This document shows positions 62,800 to 64,000 of a DNA stretch of 64,000 nucleotides, in pieces. Where the stretch lies: NCBI GenBank assembly GCA_016867725.1, contig VGIX01000001.1, positions 99,575-163,574 of the forward strand, given 5' to 3'. Origin of the DNA: Candidatus Effluviviaceae Genus I sp. GTDB taxonomy: Bacteria > Joyebacterota > Joyebacteria > Joyebacterales > Joyebacteraceae. The notes under the pieces are model-generated. The model ran no database searches. It was not told the origin of the DNA and worked only from the letters and a program-made list of their open reading frames with translations. The translations under genes were made by a program, and so were the position numbers. Numbering within the stretch: the first letter of the stretch is position 1; the number at the start of each line of letters is the position of its first letter.

Positions 62800-63282
62800 C
62801 TACTCGACCGAGAAGGGAAGGCGCATGAGCACAAGGCCAGCGCGGTCGGTGATGTCCACGCGCCAGGCGCCGCTCCAGCTGTCGCTGACGCTCTTGGCGC
62901 TCCAGGTCCTCCATCGCGGGGCCCTCACCTCGAGCGGGATCCTCAGCATCTCGCGCTCGCCCCAGTACCAGATGTGGAGCACGGTGTCGGACGCCGCGGG
63001 GAGGCCGATCTCACTGAAGCAGCACAGCCTGGAGGCGCCGGGATCGTCGCCGACGAACGAGGTGCCGGCCTGCACCGGTTGCCGCTCCTCGACGTCCTCG
63101 CAGATGTAGGCGCGGAGAACCTCGAGGCCGGCCGGCGAGACGACCATGCGCGGCTGGGTGGGTGGTGCCGGCGCCGTGGCGGCGCCGGGCTCTTCCGTGG
63201 ACGGCTCGTCGGCCGTCGCACTCGGCGTGAGGCACAGAGTCACGGGCATCAGCACTGCGAAGAGAACCGCACGAACAGCCAT
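62800..63282 (-). CDS. Exported DUF2914-like protein
   Basis: Signal peptide; C..V..R.P, L.CFSE, H.WY, V...RWRTWS.K, G.W.V.I. Confidence 0.78.
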   Translation of the reverse strand: MAVRAVLFAVLMPVTLCLTPSATADEPSTEEPGAATAPAPPTQPRMVVSPAGLEVLRAYICEDVEERQPVQAGTSFVGDDPGASRLCCFSEIGLPAASDTVLHIWYWGEREMLRIPLEVRAPRWRTWSAKSVSDSWSGAWRVDITDRAGLVLMRLPFSVE

Positions 63283-63314
63283 CGTCGCTCACTCCGCGCC
63301 GCTCGCGGCGCCGG

Positions 63315-64000
63315 TCAGACCCCCGACAGCGTCTTCTCGATCTTCGCCCACGTGTCCTTGAGAGACACCGTCCTGTTGAAGACCGGTGACCCCGGCCTCG
63401 AGTCCTTCGTGTCAACGCAGAAGTAGCCGTGCCGCAGGAACTGGAAGCGCTCGCCGGGCAGCGCGCCGGCCAGAGAGGGCTCGACGCGGCACCCCGTGAG
63501 CCTCGTCAGGGAGCGCGGGTTCAGCCGCTCGATGAAGTCGGCCGGAGGCGGCGCGCCGGGATCGTCCTCGAGAAGCAGGTGGTCGAAGAGCCTCACCTCC
63601 GCCTCGGCGGAGTGCTCCGCCGACACCCAGTGCAGGGTGCCCCGCACCTTTCGCCCGTCCGGCGCCTCACCTCCCCGCGAGGCGGGGTCGTGCTCGCAGT
63701 GAAGCTCGACGACCTCGCCCGTTCGCTCGTCTTTCACCACGCGGGTGCAGGTCACAAGGTAGGCGTGCTTGAGCCTCACCTCGCGCCCCGGCGCCATCCG
63801 GAAGAACTGCTTCGGCGGGTCCTCGCGGAAGTCGTCCCGCTCGACGAACAGAACGCGCGAGAACGGCACGCGGCGCGTCCCGGCGTCCGGCAACTCAGGG
63901 TTGTTGACGGCCTCGAGCTCCTCGACCTTGCCGTCGGGGTAGTTGTCGATGACCAGGCGTAGGGGACGCAGCACCGCCATCGAGCGCGGCGCGGTCAGGT
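63315..64000 (-). CDS. glnS: Glutamine--tRNA ligase, C-terminal part (5' end outside the window)
   Basis: [50 protein letters not shown]. Confidence 0.95.
   Translation of the reverse strand, partial: LTAPRSMAVLRPLRLVIDNYPDGKVEELEAVNNPELPDAGTRRVPFSRVLFVERDDFREDPPKQFFRMAPGREVRLKHAYLVTCTRVVKDERTGEVVELHCEHDPASRGGEAPDGRKVRGTLHWVSAEHSAEAEVRLFDHLLLEDDPGAPPPADFIERLNPRSLTRLTGCRVEPSLAGALPGERFQFLRHGYFCVDTKDSRPGSPVFNRTVSLKDTWAKIEKTLSGV

Overview
A very GC-rich (roughly 70% by eye), gene-dense bacterial chromosome segment, coded almost entirely on the minus strand. Diderm features (LptD, beta-barrels, lipoproteins), a PorX-like regulator, FlgD-Ig/T9SS-like C-terminal tails and E. coli-type TTGACA/TATAAT promoters suggest a non-Bacteroidota FCB-group lineage such as Eisenbacteria, Latescibacterota or Krumholzibacteriota (inference). 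Most of the window is housekeeping: glmS, glmM-like, pyrR, ecfA1/A2, dusB, ctpA, tmk, ino1, rsmI, recJ, HU, lptD, folC, accD, tsaBE, serS and glnS, plus a Wzx/Wzy polysaccharide cluster at about 34.7-48.5 kb. The main discovery is three in-frame-UGA (selenocysteine) genes that the ORF track misses or truncates, each with a SECIS-like hairpin right after the UGA: (1) SelD (CSGU); (2) a signal-peptide-bearing Omp28/thioredoxin-fold protein with a UGYC motif and a FlgD/T9SS-like tail; (3) a 56-aa single-TM micro-selenoprotein (U-x4-C). Genes 2 and 3 lie in a ~10 kb thiol-redox island: ArsR-trxA-tlpA-microSec-L,D-transpeptidase and tlpA-DUF6029-like barrel-CxxC lipoprotein-secreted Sec protein-M14 peptidase. 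The island may encode an envelope-spanning, selenium-dependent redox relay. No rRNA, tRNA, CRISPR array or mobile element was recognised.
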